Below are positions 1-9,021 of a stretch of 64,000 nt of DNA, in pieces (the first letter of the stretch is position 1; every line of letters starts with the position of its first letter). This DNA comes from an uncultured Clostridia bacterium (GTDB lineage Bacteria > Bacillota > Clostridia > Oscillospirales > QAMX01). The notes under the pieces were generated by a model. It was not told the DNA's origin, did not search any database, and saw only the letters and a program-made list of their open reading frames with translations. The position numbers and the translations under genes were made by a program. The stretch lies in NCBI GenBank assembly GCA_944376195.1, contig CALWBW010000003.1:2707-66706 (forward strand), given 5' to 3'.

Positions 1-764
1 GTCTTCCGCGTGTTGAGGAACTCTTTGAGTCCCGCAAGCCGAAGCGTGTGGCGACGCTCACCGAAATCGGCGGCGTGATTTCCATCGAGGAAATCCGGCG
101 CGGTACGATGCGCAATGTGACCGTCACGAACCCCGAGACGGGCGACACACGTTCGTATCAGATCCCGTTCGGTTCCACGCTCCGCGTACAGCCGGGTTCT
201 GTTGTCCAGGCCGGCGAGGAATTGACAGAAGGCGCGCTGAACCCGCACGATGTGCTGCGCGTACGCGGTGTTGCGGCCGTGCACGCCTACCTGATTCAGG
301 AGGTACAGAAGGTGTACCGCCAGCAGGGCGTGGATATCAACGATAAGCATATCGAGGTTGTCGTGCGTCAGATGATGCGCAAGGTCAAGGTGGAAGACGC
401 GGGCGATACGACGCTTCTGGTTGGCTCCATGGTCGACAAGGGCGAGTTCCGCGAGCAGAACGCCCTCATTGAAAAGCGGATTGCCGAGGGTGAGATCGGG
501 CTCCGTCCGGCGACCTGCTCGCCGGTGATGCTGGGCATCACGCGTTCGTCCCTTGCCACCGACAGCTTCCTCTCCGCTGCGTCCTTCCAGGAGACGACGC
601 GTGTCCTGACTGAGGCGGCGATCAAGAGCAAGGTTGACCCGCTGATCGGCCTGAAGGAGAACGTAATCATCGGTAAACTGATCCCCGCGGGGTCCGGAAT
701 GGACATTTATCACGAGGGATATACCGTTTATGATCAGAATTCCGGCAAAGTTGCTGTTGACTAA
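1..764 (+). CDS. rpoC: DNA-directed RNA polymerase subunit beta' (C-terminal part; 5' end lies upstream of the window)
   Basis: Frame 3 is open from nt 3 ([14 protein letters not shown]...) and runs into listed ORF 48..764. Conserved beta' C-terminal motifs are present ([54 protein letters not shown]). It is followed by L7Ae-rpsL-rpsG-fusA-tuf. Confidence 0.93.
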   Translation, partial: LPRVEELFESRKPKRVATLTEIGGVISIEEIRRGTMRNVTVTNPETGDTRSYQIPFGSTLRVQPGSVVQAGEELTEGALNPHDVLRVRGVAAVHAYLIQEVQKVYRQQGVDINDKHIEVVVRQMMRKVKVEDAGDTTLLVGSMVDKGEFREQNALIEKRIAEGEIGLRPATCSPVMLGITRSSLATDSFLSAASFQETTRVLTEAAIKSKVDPLIGLKENVIIGKLIPAGSGMDIYHEGYTVYDQNSGKVAVD

Positions 765-787
765 TTGACAGGATTATGATATTATGA

Positions 788-842
788 CAGACGGCGTTTT
801 AATGCGCGATCGCACAAAACGCCGTCTGCATCGCGTTTTTTC
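788..842 (+). terminator. Hairpin(s) plus T-run after rpoC
   Basis: cagacggcgtttt (788-800) pairs with aaaacgccgtctg (816-828). An alternative stem GCGAT(806-810)/ATCGC(830-834) is followed directly by TTTTTT (836-841). Confidence 0.55.
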
Positions 843-866
843 GTGTGCGGGAGGTTCCGATTTCAC

Positions 867-1106
867 TTGGACGTACTTTCAAAAGCAAGAAAAGTGATTG
901 GCGTCAAACAGACGAAAAGGGCTTTGGAAAACGGCGAAGCCGTGCAGGTTTTTTTCGCGCGTGACGCGGAGGCGCGTCTGACTGCGCCGGTACGCGCGCT
1001 GTGCGAGGCGTCCGGCGTACCGCTTTTCGAAGTGGAGTCGATGCGCGCGCTGGGACAGGCGTGCGGAATTGCCGTGGGAGCCGCTGTAGCGGCTATCCTG
1101 CGTTAG
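867..1106 (+). CDS. Ribosomal protein L7Ae/L30e-family protein (YbxF-like)
   Basis: The product ...KVIGVKQTKRALENGEAVQVFFARDAE...ESMRALGQACGIAVGAAVAAIL matches the small L7Ae-like protein found between rpoC and rpsL in Firmicutes. The start is uncertain: TTG 867 lies after GGGAGG 848-853, while the track ORF starts at GTG 843. Confidence 0.75.
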   Translation: MDVLSKARKVIGVKQTKRALENGEAVQVFFARDAEARLTAPVRALCEASGVPLFEVESMRALGQACGIAVGAAVAAILR

Positions 1107-1225
1107 AGCGCGCAAACCCCGGGCATATTTTTCCGGATTGCAGGCAAACTATGTTAGACCTTTGTGCGAAATCCGCGGGTTTTTCCCGCGTTTCGAAATA
1201 AAAAACCTTTCAAGGAGGTGAAACC

Positions 1226-1657
1226 ATGCCAACATTCAACCAGCTTGTCAGAAAGGGCAGAGAGACCGTCACCTATAAGTCCACCGCTCCGGCGCTTCAG
1301 AAGGGCCTGAACTCCAAGAAGATGGAACAGACCGACTTGAGCTCCCCGCAAAAGCGCGGCGTCTGTACTGCCGTCCGTACCGCTACCCCGAAGAAGCCGA
1401 ACTCCGCGCTGCGTAAGATCGCCCGTGTGCGTCTTTCCAACGGTATCGAAGTGACCGCTTATATTCCGGGCGTCGGCCACAACCTGCAGGAGCACAGCGT
1501 CGTGATGATCCGCGGCGGCCGTGTAAAGGACCTGCCTGGTGTGCGTTACCACATCATCCGCGGTACCCTGGATACGCAGGGCGTCGCAGACCGCAAGCAG
1601 TCTCGTTCGCTTTACGGCGCGAAGAAGCCGAAGGCAGCGGGTGCCAAGAAGAAGTAA
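1226..1657 (+). CDS. rpsL: 30S ribosomal protein S12
   Basis: [13 protein letters not shown]...[10 protein letters not shown]...VRYHIIRG; RBS AAGGAGG upstream. Confidence 0.97.
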   Translation: MPTFNQLVRKGRETVTYKSTAPALQKGLNSKKMEQTDLSSPQKRGVCTAVRTATPKKPNSALRKIARVRLSNGIEVTAYIPGVGHNLQEHSVVMIRGGRVKDLPGVRYHIIRGTLDTQGVADRKQSRSLYGAKKPKAAGAKKK

Positions 1658-1778
1658 TTTCCCAATTGCTTTGCAAAGCGTTGTTCCTTGGGAACGTCAA
1701 ACGCTTCAGCAGGGCGCAAACGAGAGCGGGCATGCTTTCGAGTACCTATGAAATCATACTGTGAAGGAGGGAAGCAAC

Positions 1779-2249
1779 GTGCCCAGAAGAGGATTTGTTC
1801 CGAAAAGAGATGTCCTTCCCGATCCGCTGTACAATTCCAAGCTGGTGACCAAGCTGGTCAACAACATCATGTACGACGGGAAGAAGAGCACCGCGCAAAA
1901 AATAGTCTATGGAGCATTTGACATTGTCAAGGACAAGACCGGAAAGGAACCCCTTGAGGTCTTTACCACCGCCATGGATAACATCATGCCTGTTTTGGAG
2001 ATCAAGGCCCGCCGTGTCGGCGGCGCCACCTATCAGGTGCCGATCGAAGTCCGTGCTGAGCGCCGTCAGACCTTAGGTCTGCGCTGGCTCACCCAGTACG
2101 CACGTTCGAGAAATGAAAGAACGATGAAAGAGCGCCTTGCGGGCGAGATTCTTGACGCCGTCAACAATCTCGGTAACGCCGTGAAAAAGCGTGAGGATAC
2201 CCACAAGATGGCCGAGGCCAACAAGGCGTTTGCACACTTCAGATGGTAA
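1779..2249 (+). CDS. rpsG: 30S ribosomal protein S7
   Basis: GTG 1779 lies 7 nt after GAAGGAGG (1764-1771). The product [20 protein letters not shown]...[10 protein letters not shown] is 156 aa. The track ORF start at 1761 overlaps the RBS. Confidence 0.95.
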   Translation: MPRRGFVPKRDVLPDPLYNSKLVTKLVNNIMYDGKKSTAQKIVYGAFDIVKDKTGKEPLEVFTTAMDNIMPVLEIKARRVGGATYQVPIEVRAERRQTLGLRWLTQYARSRNERTMKERLAGEILDAVNNLGNAVKKREDTHKMAEANKAFAHFRW

Positions 2250-2303
2250 GCTGAAGTTTTCAGTATTTTTTGGTTTTACCCAAGTTAAGCGAAGGAGAAC
2301 ATC

Positions 2304-4382
2304 ATGCCGAGACAATACCCCTTAAATAAAACCCGCAATATCGGCATAATGGCGCACATCGATGCCGGAAAGACCACCACAACGGAACGGATTCTGTTTT
2401 ATACGGGAATCAACTACCGGATGGGTGAGACTCATGACGGCAATGCCACAATGGACTGGATGGAACAGGAACAGGAGCGCGGCATTACGATTACGTCTGC
2501 CGCAACCACCTGTTTCTGGAACGGGGTTCGTATCAATATCATTGACACCCCCGGCCACGTTGATTTTACGTCGGAAGTAGAGCGTTCCCTGCGCGTGCTC
2601 GACGGCGGCGTAACCGTCTTCTGCGCGAAGGGCGGCGTTGAGCCCCAGTCTGAGACTGTATGGCGTCAGGCGGATAAGTATCATGTGCCGCGTATCGCAT
2701 ACGTCAATAAAATGGATATCACCGGCGCTGACTTTTACAACGTCGTGGATATGATGCGCGACAGATTAAAATGCCGTCCCGTACCGATCCAGTTGCCGAT
2801 TGGCGCGGAAGACGAGTTCCGCGGGCTTGTCGACCTTCTTGAAATGAAGGCGTACTTCTATAATGACGACGAGGGAAAGGATATTTCCGTAGAAGAGATC
2901 CCGGAAGAGATGCGTGAAAGCGCGGAAGAATACCGTCAGGCCATATTGGATGCGGTGAGCGAGTATGACGACGGGATTTTGGAAAAATATCTCGAGGGCG
3001 AGGAAATTGAAATCAGCGAGATCAAGACGGCGTTACGTAAGGCAACGTTGGCTGTGGAGCTGATCCCCGTTATTTGCGGCACATCTTATAAAAACAAGGG
3101 TGTGCAGAAGCTTTTAGACGCGGTGGTGGATTATCTCCCGTCTCCGCTCGATAAGAAAGCAATCGTTGGCACCAACCCGGAAACCGGCGAAGAGGACCAT
3201 CGTCCTTCCGATGACAGCGCCCCGTTTTCTGCGCTTGCATTCAAGATTATGACCGACCCGTATGTCGGAAAATTATGTTTTACCCGTGTTTACTCCGGTA
3301 CTTTAAACGCAGGTTCTACGGTGTATAACTCCGTAAAGGGCATTCGTGAGCGTGTCAGCCGTATTTTGCAGATGCACGCCAATGACCGTCACGATATTGA
3401 GACCGTGTATGCGGGCGATATTGTTGCGGTGGTAGGCTTGAAAAAGACTGTAACGGGTGATACGCTTTGTGATGAATCCCATCCCATAGTGCTGGAATCG
3501 ATCGAGTTCCCGGAGCCCGTGATTCGTGTTGCCATCGAGTCCAAGACAAAGGCCGGCCAGGAGAAGATGTCTTTGGCGCTTGCAAAGCTCGCCGAAGAGG
3601 ATCCGACTTTCCGTGCCTATACAGACGAAGATACAGGGCAAACCATTATCGCCGGTATGGGCGAACTCCATCTGGAGATTATTGTCGACCGGCTTTTGCG
3701 TGAGTTTAAGGTGGAAGCAAACGTTGGTAAGCCGCAGGTTGCCTATAAAGAGGCGATCCGCCGCCCGGCGGAAGCCGACGAGCGCTATGTGCGTCAGTCC
3801 GGCGGTCACGGCCAGTTTGCCCATGTCAAGATTCGCATTGAGCCGAATGAGCCGGGCAAGGGCTATGAATTCATCGATAAGACTGTGGGCGGCAGTGTGC
3901 CGAAGGAGTTTATTCCGGCGGTAGACGCTGGTATTCAGGGCGCGATGCAGTCCGGTGTGGTCAATGGCTATAACGTGGTCGATGTTATCGCGACGCTTTA
4001 TGACGGTTCTTTCCACGAAGTGGACTCCTCTGAACTTGCCTTTAAGATTGCCGGTTCCATGGCGTTCCGTGAGGCAATGAAGAAGGCGGATCCGACTTTG
4101 ACAGAACCGATCATGCTGGTCAACGTCATCGTGCCGGAAGAGTATATGGGCGATGTCATTGGTGATATCAACTCCCGCCGCGGACAGATTCAGGGCATCA
4201 ACGGCCATAACGGCATTCAGCAGATCACTGCGCATGTGCCGCTTTCCGAGATGTTCGGGTATGCGACGGATCTTCGTTCCCGTTCGCAGGGCCGTGGGCA
4301 GTATACGATGGAGCCGAGCCACTACGCCGAAGTGCCGAAGAGCATTCTCGAGAAAATTACGTCCACAAGCGGTCGCCGCTAA
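2304..4382 (+). CDS. fusA: Translation elongation factor G
   Basis: 692 aa with G-domain motifs [17 protein letters not shown] and NKMD. Located in the str operon. Confidence 0.97.
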   Translation: MPRQYPLNKTRNIGIMAHIDAGKTTTTERILFYTGINYRMGETHDGNATMDWMEQEQERGITITSAATTCFWNGVRINIIDTPGHVDFTSEVERSLRVLDGGVTVFCAKGGVEPQSETVWRQADKYHVPRIAYVNKMDITGADFYNVVDMMRDRLKCRPVPIQLPIGAEDEFRGLVDLLEMKAYFYNDDEGKDISVEEIPEEMRESAEEYRQAILDAVSEYDDGILEKYLEGEEIEISEIKTALRKATLAVELIPVICGTSYKNKGVQKLLDAVVDYLPSPLDKKAIVGTNPETGEEDHRPSDDSAPFSALAFKIMTDPYVGKLCFTRVYSGTLNAGSTVYNSVKGIRERVSRILQMHANDRHDIETVYAGDIVAVVGLKKTVTGDTLCDESHPIVLESIEFPEPVIRVAIESKTKAGQEKMSLALAKLAEEDPTFRAYTDEDTGQTIIAGMGELHLEIIVDRLLREFKVEANVGKPQVAYKEAIRRPAEADERYVRQSGGHGQFAHVKIRIEPNEPGKGYEFIDKTVGGSVPKEFIPAVDAGIQGAMQSGVVNGYNVVDVIATLYDGSFHEVDSSELAFKIAGSMAFREAMKKADPTLTEPIMLVNVIVPEEYMGDVIGDINSRRGQIQGINGHNGIQQITAHVPLSEMFGYATDLRSRSQGRGQYTMEPSHYAEVPKSILEKITSTSGRR

Positions 4383-4425
4383 TGCGGTTTCCGGGAAATA
4401 AACTGCGTTTTTCTGCAAAATAGAC

Positions 4426-4454
4426 TTGCAAAAAGTCCTGTGTTTTTATATAAT
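4426..4454 (+). promoter_or_regulatory. Putative sigma-A promoter for tuf
   Basis: TTGCAA (4426-4431), 17 nt spacer, TATAAT (4449-4454) in the fusA-tuf spacer. Confidence 0.45.
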
Positions 4455-4513
4455 ACCAGTACACGGTATTTTGTGATTATATTAACCGAAAGGATTCACA
4501 AGGAGGATTTAAA

Positions 4514-5716
4514 ATGGCTAAGGCTAAATTCGAAAGAACGAAACCTCACGTTAACATTGGCACCATTGGTCACGTTGACCATGGTAAAACCACTTTGACT
4601 GCTGCTATCACCAAGTACCTGTCCTTCCAGGGCAAGGCTCAGTTCGAAGCTTATGACATGATTGATAAGGCCCCGGAAGAGAAGGCCCGTGGCATCACGA
4701 TCAACACCGCTCACGTTGAGTATCAGACCGACAAGCGTCACTATGCGCATGTCGACTGCCCCGGCCACGCCGACTATGTTAAGAACATGATCACCGGTGC
4801 TGCGCAGATGGACGGCGCAATCCTCGTCGTTTCCGCTGCTGACGGCGTTATGCCCCAGACCAACGAGCACATCCTGCTTGCCCGTCAGGTTGGCGTTCCG
4901 GCTATCGTTGTTTTCATGAACAAGGTTGACCAGGTTGACGATCCTGAGCTCCTCGAGCTGGTTGAGATGGAAGTCCGTGAAGCACTGTCCAAGTATGACT
5001 TCCCGGGTGATGATCTCCCTGTTATCAAGGGCTCCGCGCTTCTCGCGCTGTCCAGCACCTCCACTGATCCGAATGCACCGGAGTATGCCTGCATCAAGGA
5101 ACTGATGGACGCTGTCGACGATTATATCCCGACTCCGGATCGTAAGTCTGACCTCCCCTTCATTATGCCTGTTGAAGACGTCTTCTCCATCACCGGCCGT
5201 GGCACCGTTGCAACTGGTAGAGTTGAGCGTGGCCAGGTGAAGATGGGCGAGACCGTTGAGATCGTTGGTTTGATGGACGAGGCTCGCAGCACGGTTGTTA
5301 CCGGTATCGAAATGTTCCGTAAGATCCTCGACTATGCTGAGGCAGGCGATAACGTCGGTCTTCTGCTTCGTGGTATCAACAAGACGGATATCGAGCGCGG
5401 CCAGGTTATTGCCAAGCCCGGTTCCATTCATCCGCACACCAAGTTCCGCGGCCAGGTTTACGTTCTGACCCAGGCTGAAGGCGGCCGTCATACGCCGTTC
5501 TTCAACAACTATCGTCCGCAGTTCTATTTCCGTACGACGGACGTTACGGGTGTTGTCAGCCTTCCTGAGGGCACCGAAATGTGCATGCCGGGCGACAACG
5601 TTGAGATGGACGTTGAGCTCATCACGCCGATTGCAATCGAGGCTGGTCTTCGTTTCGCTATCCGTGAAGGCGGCCGTACCGTTGGTTCCGGCGTTGTTAT
5701 CGCCATCAACGAGTAA
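4514..5716 (+). CDS. tuf: Translation elongation factor Tu
   Basis: 400 aa with [17 protein letters not shown] and NKVD. RBS AAGGAGG. Confidence 0.98.
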   Translation: MAKAKFERTKPHVNIGTIGHVDHGKTTLTAAITKYLSFQGKAQFEAYDMIDKAPEEKARGITINTAHVEYQTDKRHYAHVDCPGHADYVKNMITGAAQMDGAILVVSAADGVMPQTNEHILLARQVGVPAIVVFMNKVDQVDDPELLELVEMEVREALSKYDFPGDDLPVIKGSALLALSSTSTDPNAPEYACIKELMDAVDDYIPTPDRKSDLPFIMPVEDVFSITGRGTVATGRVERGQVKMGETVEIVGLMDEARSTVVTGIEMFRKILDYAEAGDNVGLLLRGINKTDIERGQVIAKPGSIHPHTKFRGQVYVLTQAEGGRHTPFFNNYRPQFYFRTTDVTGVVSLPEGTEMCMPGDNVEMDVELITPIAIEAGLRFAIREGGRTVGSGVVIAINE

Positions 5717-5731
5717 TTTTATCTAATAGAA

Positions 5732-5763
5732 GCACCGGATGGTCTTCCATCCGGTGCTTTTTT
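5732..5763 (+). terminator. Rho-independent terminator after tuf
   Basis: gcaccggatgg (5732-5742) / ccatccggtgc (5747-5757) followed by TTTTTT. Confidence 0.85.
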
Positions 5764-5889
5764 GTCTCAAAAAATTGAAGAAATCCCGTATTTTCGGGAC
5801 AGCCTTCGGGACAGATGCCGGAAAGCGGGAGTGCACAAGGAAAAGCCAGACACTTTCAGACGTATATGGAAAAATCGGCAAAAACAGGG

Positions 5890-5918
5890 TTGACTTTCTG
5901 GAAAAATTCAGTCATAAT
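5890..5918 (+). promoter_or_regulatory. Putative promoter of the GH10 gene
   Basis: TTGACT (5890-5895), 17 nt spacer, CATAAT (5913-5918). Confidence 0.4.
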
Positions 5919-5969
5919 GCCGATAGAAACAGCGTCATGGTAAGACGCGGTGAATGTAAGGTGGGATTC

Positions 5970-7199
5970 ATGGACGAAATGATCCGGGAAGCGCGGCAGA
6001 GGATTCGCGAGATGCGCCGCCGTGAGGTGGAAGTGTGCGTGACGCGTGACGGAAAACCTGTCGAGAACGCGCAGGTGCATCTATCTATGCGCCGGCACGA
6101 GTTTTTGTTCGGCTGCAACTGTTTTCCGGCGACGACTTATCCGACGCAGGGGGAAAACGACCGGTATACGCAGCTTTTTGCCAACCTGTTGAACTACGGG
6201 ACGCTGCCGTTTTACTGGGGCCGCTATGAACCGCAGCGGCATCAATATAACGAACCGGAGATTGCAAATCAGGTGAAATGGACCAAGGACCATGGCATAA
6301 AGAGCAAGGGCCATCCGCTGATTTGGCATGAAGTTGTGCCGGAGTGGCTGACGGATCAGGATGACGTCGGTGCGCTGGAAGTCGCGCGCGTGCGGGACAT
6401 TATGTCGAAATATGCGCACCAGGTGGACTTCTGGGACCTCAACAACGAGACAACGGTCAACTATCGTTTCGACAATCCCATCACACACTGGATTGATCAG
6501 ATCGGTCCCATGAATATGATGAAGCTGATCGGCGGCGTCGCGCGTGAGGCAAATCCGGATGTGAAGCTGCTTTATAACGATTTTAATGTGCATGGGGACG
6601 ACTTCTATCAGTTTTTGCAGCGGATGCGCGACGAGGATGTGCAGGTGTATGGCATCGGGATTCAGAGTCACATGCACCAGTTCCGCTGGACCTTTGAGGA
6701 AACCTGGGATATCATGAACCGCGCGGCCGCGTTCGGCTGGCCGCTGCACTTCACGGAGTGTACGGTTATCAGCGGTACCTGCGCAAACGAGGACGGCAAG
6801 GTGCATTTCGACCGCACCCCCAATCACTGGGACGAGCCGGAGGAGATGCTGTATTCCCAGGCGGAGTATGTGCGTGATTTCTACACGCTGGTCTTCAGCC
6901 ACCCGGCAACCGAGGCGTTGACCTGGTGGGACTTCTGCGATCATGCGTGGCTGGGCGCGCCCTGCGGTTTGGTAAACGACCGATTGAATCCCAAGCCGGT
7001 CTACTATGAGCTGGAAAAACTCATCAAAGGCGAGTGGTGGACGAATCTGGACCTTTCGACCGGTGCGCAGGGAAATTGCCGTGCGAAGGTTTTCTGCGGC
7101 AATTATGATATCGAGGTTGTGGCGGATGGACGCCGTGTGGTTGTAAACCGCGATATCCTGCGTGCGCCGGACGGAATGCGCGTGGAACTTTCCCTCTGA
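5970..7199 (+). CDS. Glycoside hydrolase family 10 (endo-1,4-beta-xylanase-like), no signal peptide
   Basis: GH10-type motifs are present: GHPLIWHEVVPEW, FWDLNNET (acid/base Glu context), GIQSHM, HFTECTV (nucleophile Glu context). ATG 5970 follows AAGGTGGG. The longer track ORF (5739) runs through the tuf terminator. Confidence 0.8.
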   Translation: MDEMIREARQRIREMRRREVEVCVTRDGKPVENAQVHLSMRRHEFLFGCNCFPATTYPTQGENDRYTQLFANLLNYGTLPFYWGRYEPQRHQYNEPEIANQVKWTKDHGIKSKGHPLIWHEVVPEWLTDQDDVGALEVARVRDIMSKYAHQVDFWDLNNETTVNYRFDNPITHWIDQIGPMNMMKLIGGVAREANPDVKLLYNDFNVHGDDFYQFLQRMRDEDVQVYGIGIQSHMHQFRWTFEETWDIMNRAAAFGWPLHFTECTVISGTCANEDGKVHFDRTPNHWDEPEEMLYSQAEYVRDFYTLVFSHPATEALTWWDFCDHAWLGAPCGLVNDRLNPKPVYYELEKLIKGEWWTNLDLSTGAQGNCRAKVFCGNYDIEVVADGRRVVVNRDILRAPDGMRVELSL

Positions 7200-7214
7200 G
7201 AAAAGCATAAAAAA

Positions 7215-7248
7215 CCGCCGCGGCGAGATTGCCGCGGCGGATGTTTTT
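7215..7248. terminator. Bidirectional terminator between convergent GH10 and SLH genes
   Basis: ccgccgcggc (7215-7224) / gccgcggcgg (7231-7240), flanked by an A-run (7210-7214) and a T-run (7243-7248). Confidence 0.8.
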
Positions 7249-7264
7249 TGAGAGGAGAAAGAGG

Positions 7265-8596
7265 CTAGTCTTCTAAATCAAGCGTTAAGCGTTCTTCCGG
7301 GAGCGCCATACGGATCAGAATGGCAGCTGCCTCAGCCCGGGTAATGGGCGTGTTCGGATGGAACGTACCGGCGCTGTCGCTGCCGCCCAGAACACCTGCA
7401 CGGTACAGAAGGAAAATTTCTTCCCCATAGGAAGACGCATCGTCCTCCGCAACGTCCGGCAGGGTGTCGAGTTTGTTGATGGCACGGAGCTCCCTTCTCG
7501 GCAATGCGTGCGCGAAGAGACGGGCCATTTGGGCGCGCGTAGCAGGGGCGTCAAAGTCTGAAAACTCTCCTTCGTTCAGGATGCCGTGCGTGTACGCGTA
7601 ATGCACATACGGTTGATACCAGGGATCATCGGAGGGAAAAACGCCGCCCTGCCCCCGGTAAATGCTGTGCAGGCGTGCGGCCATGGTGACGGCCTCCGCA
7701 AGAGTTACCTGCTCTTCCGGACGAAATCCGCCATCGCCGTCTCCCGCCATAAGGCCGAGCGAACAGGCGGTTGCGACATCCTGTGCATACCACTGATCCG
7801 AGACATCGGAAAATTGTCCGGATTCAAAGGGAATCGTGGCCTGAAAGTTATCCATGGAGGCAGCTGCAGGACTGTTGGCTTCGCGGTCAATCCGATTGTC
7901 GGAGATCGGGGAATCGGTCAGAAGGTTCTCGGGAACCTCGCCCGAGAGAAGTTCCGCAAGACCGGGAAAGTTAATTCCTTCATAATCCTCCAGCGTACCG
8001 TTTTCCAGGTACGCCGCAATGGCGGCGCGGTCGAGAACCAGTACATAGGGCGTGCCAAGACGAAAATGAAGAAGGGAATCAACCAAATCCTCGGGAAGGT
8101 CTTCCGTATAGGTATAGGGTAAGGAATCCAGGGAGTAATCAAAAATAATCCACCCCTCATAAAGGCCGGTGGAAGGGAAGGAAAGATCGCCCTGCTCGGG
8201 AGAACTCAGACCGGCGGTTCCGTCATAAAGCGGCGAGAGGCTGGCTCCGTCGGATTCCAGATAGACGCGTGACTGCGCGGAAGTGTAGATCTGGTGTCCG
8301 AGATCGGAAATGGAAACGCGAATCGACGCGTCTACTCCATCCGGAGGGCACAGAACACACACAACGCACTCTTTTTCACAAAATTGTTTTGCGTCGCGGT
8401 CGTAGACCGTGAGCGGAAGCGAAAGCGCGCCGAGAAAATCGGAGACGCGGACTTCGTAGCCTGCCGACATGCCGTCGGCATAGGAGAGAGTGCCGTCTAA
8501 GACGAGGTCCTGGGTATCCAGCGCGAGAGCCGGACCGGAAAGTAGGAAAGATAGAAACAAAATCGAGGAAAAAAACGAAAAAACGCGACGTTTCAT
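7265..8596 (-). CDS. Secreted S-layer-homology (SLH) domain protein, N-terminal domain of unknown function
   Basis: ATG 8596 follows AGGAGGG. Signal peptide MKRRVFSFFSSILFLSFLLSGPALA. Three C-terminal SLH repeats (FSDVSDQWYAQDV..., PWYQPYVHYAYTHGIL..., LPDVAEDDASSYGEEIFLLYRAGVL...). Confidence 0.85.
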   Translation of the reverse strand: MKRRVFSFFSSILFLSFLLSGPALALDTQDLVLDGTLSYADGMSAGYEVRVSDFLGALSLPLTVYDRDAKQFCEKECVVCVLCPPDGVDASIRVSISDLGHQIYTSAQSRVYLESDGASLSPLYDGTAGLSSPEQGDLSFPSTGLYEGWIIFDYSLDSLPYTYTEDLPEDLVDSLLHFRLGTPYVLVLDRAAIAAYLENGTLEDYEGINFPGLAELLSGEVPENLLTDSPISDNRIDREANSPAAASMDNFQATIPFESGQFSDVSDQWYAQDVATACSLGLMAGDGDGGFRPEEQVTLAEAVTMAARLHSIYRGQGGVFPSDDPWYQPYVHYAYTHGILNEGEFSDFDAPATRAQMARLFAHALPRRELRAINKLDTLPDVAEDDASSYGEEIFLLYRAGVLGGSDSAGTFHPNTPITRAEAAAILIRMALPEERLTLDLED

Positions 8597-8645
8597 AGGC
8601 CCTCCTATCAAAAAAAGGAAAAAATCCGTCGATTGAAACGGTTTC

Positions 8646-8674
8646 AGTATACCAGTTCCGGCGTGTAGTGTCAA
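8646..8674 (-). promoter_or_regulatory. Putative promoter of the SLH gene
   Basis: On the minus strand: TTGACA (8674-8669), 17 nt spacer, TATACT (8651-8646). Confidence 0.5.
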
Positions 8675-8687
8675 CCGGTAGAATATC

Positions 8688-8732
8688 GAGAAAAAAGCGC
8701 ACGGCGCGAAGTCCCAGTTCTTCGCGCCGTGC
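8688..8732 (-). terminator. Terminator of feo operon 1
   Basis: The minus strand reads GCACGGCGCGAAG-aactggga-CTTCGCGCCGTGC followed by a T-run (plus-strand A-run 8691-8696). Confidence 0.8.
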
Positions 8733-8771
8733 AAATATTGATGGCTGTGTCTCCGCCGGTACGGAGAAAAG

Positions 8772-8960
8772 TCAGGAGGAGGTTTTTTGATGGAGGGTTT
8801 CCGGCGTCACGCCGCTGCAGTGGCAGTAGGCCGAACATGAACCGCAGGCGCCGCCGCATCCGATGGATTTGCCGCGCTTTTTATCGCGTATAAGCTTTCC
8901 GATAATCGCGGCGACGATAGCTGCAAGCAGAAGACTGATCAGTATGGTGGCTGGCGACAT
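8772..8960 (-). CDS. FeoB-associated Cys-rich membrane protein
   Basis: 62 aa with one TM helix, then CGGACGSCSAYCHC. Sits directly downstream of feoB. A paralogue lies at 50226..50411. Confidence 0.8.
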   Translation of the reverse strand: MSPATILISLLLAAIVAAIIGKLIRDKKRGKSIGCGGACGSCSAYCHCSGVTPETLHQKTSS

Positions 8961-9021
8961 CAGTTTCGCACCTCCTTGTGCGTTTGATAAGGGTTGGTCG
9001 GAAAGACGGGTCGGCTGTGCG

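Noticed and set aside
1176-1200. Hairpin CGCGGG-ttttt-CCCGCG upstream of rpsL as a terminator or regulatory element.
   Set aside because: It is a short 6-bp stem without a proper U-run directly after it. It lies in the expected S12 leader, and the evidence is insufficient to call it a feature.
3303-4418. 371-aa ORF antisense to fusA, and a similar 331-aa ORF at 4496..5491 antisense to tuf.
   Set aside because: Both lie entirely inside and opposite highly conserved translation-factor genes. Their products are low-complexity and Arg/His/Gly-rich. This is the typical stop-codon-poor antisense frame of GC-rich coding DNA.
5739-5969. N-terminal extension of the GH10 ORF (track start 5739).
   Set aside because: The extension begins inside the tuf terminator hairpin and has no RBS. 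ATG 5970 has AAGGTGGG upstream and corresponds to the start of the GH10 similarity. Analogous extensions were trimmed for 7265..8734, 13755..14705, 16298..17995, 21016..22584, 27688..29070, 34362.., 41968.., 46450.. and 61828...
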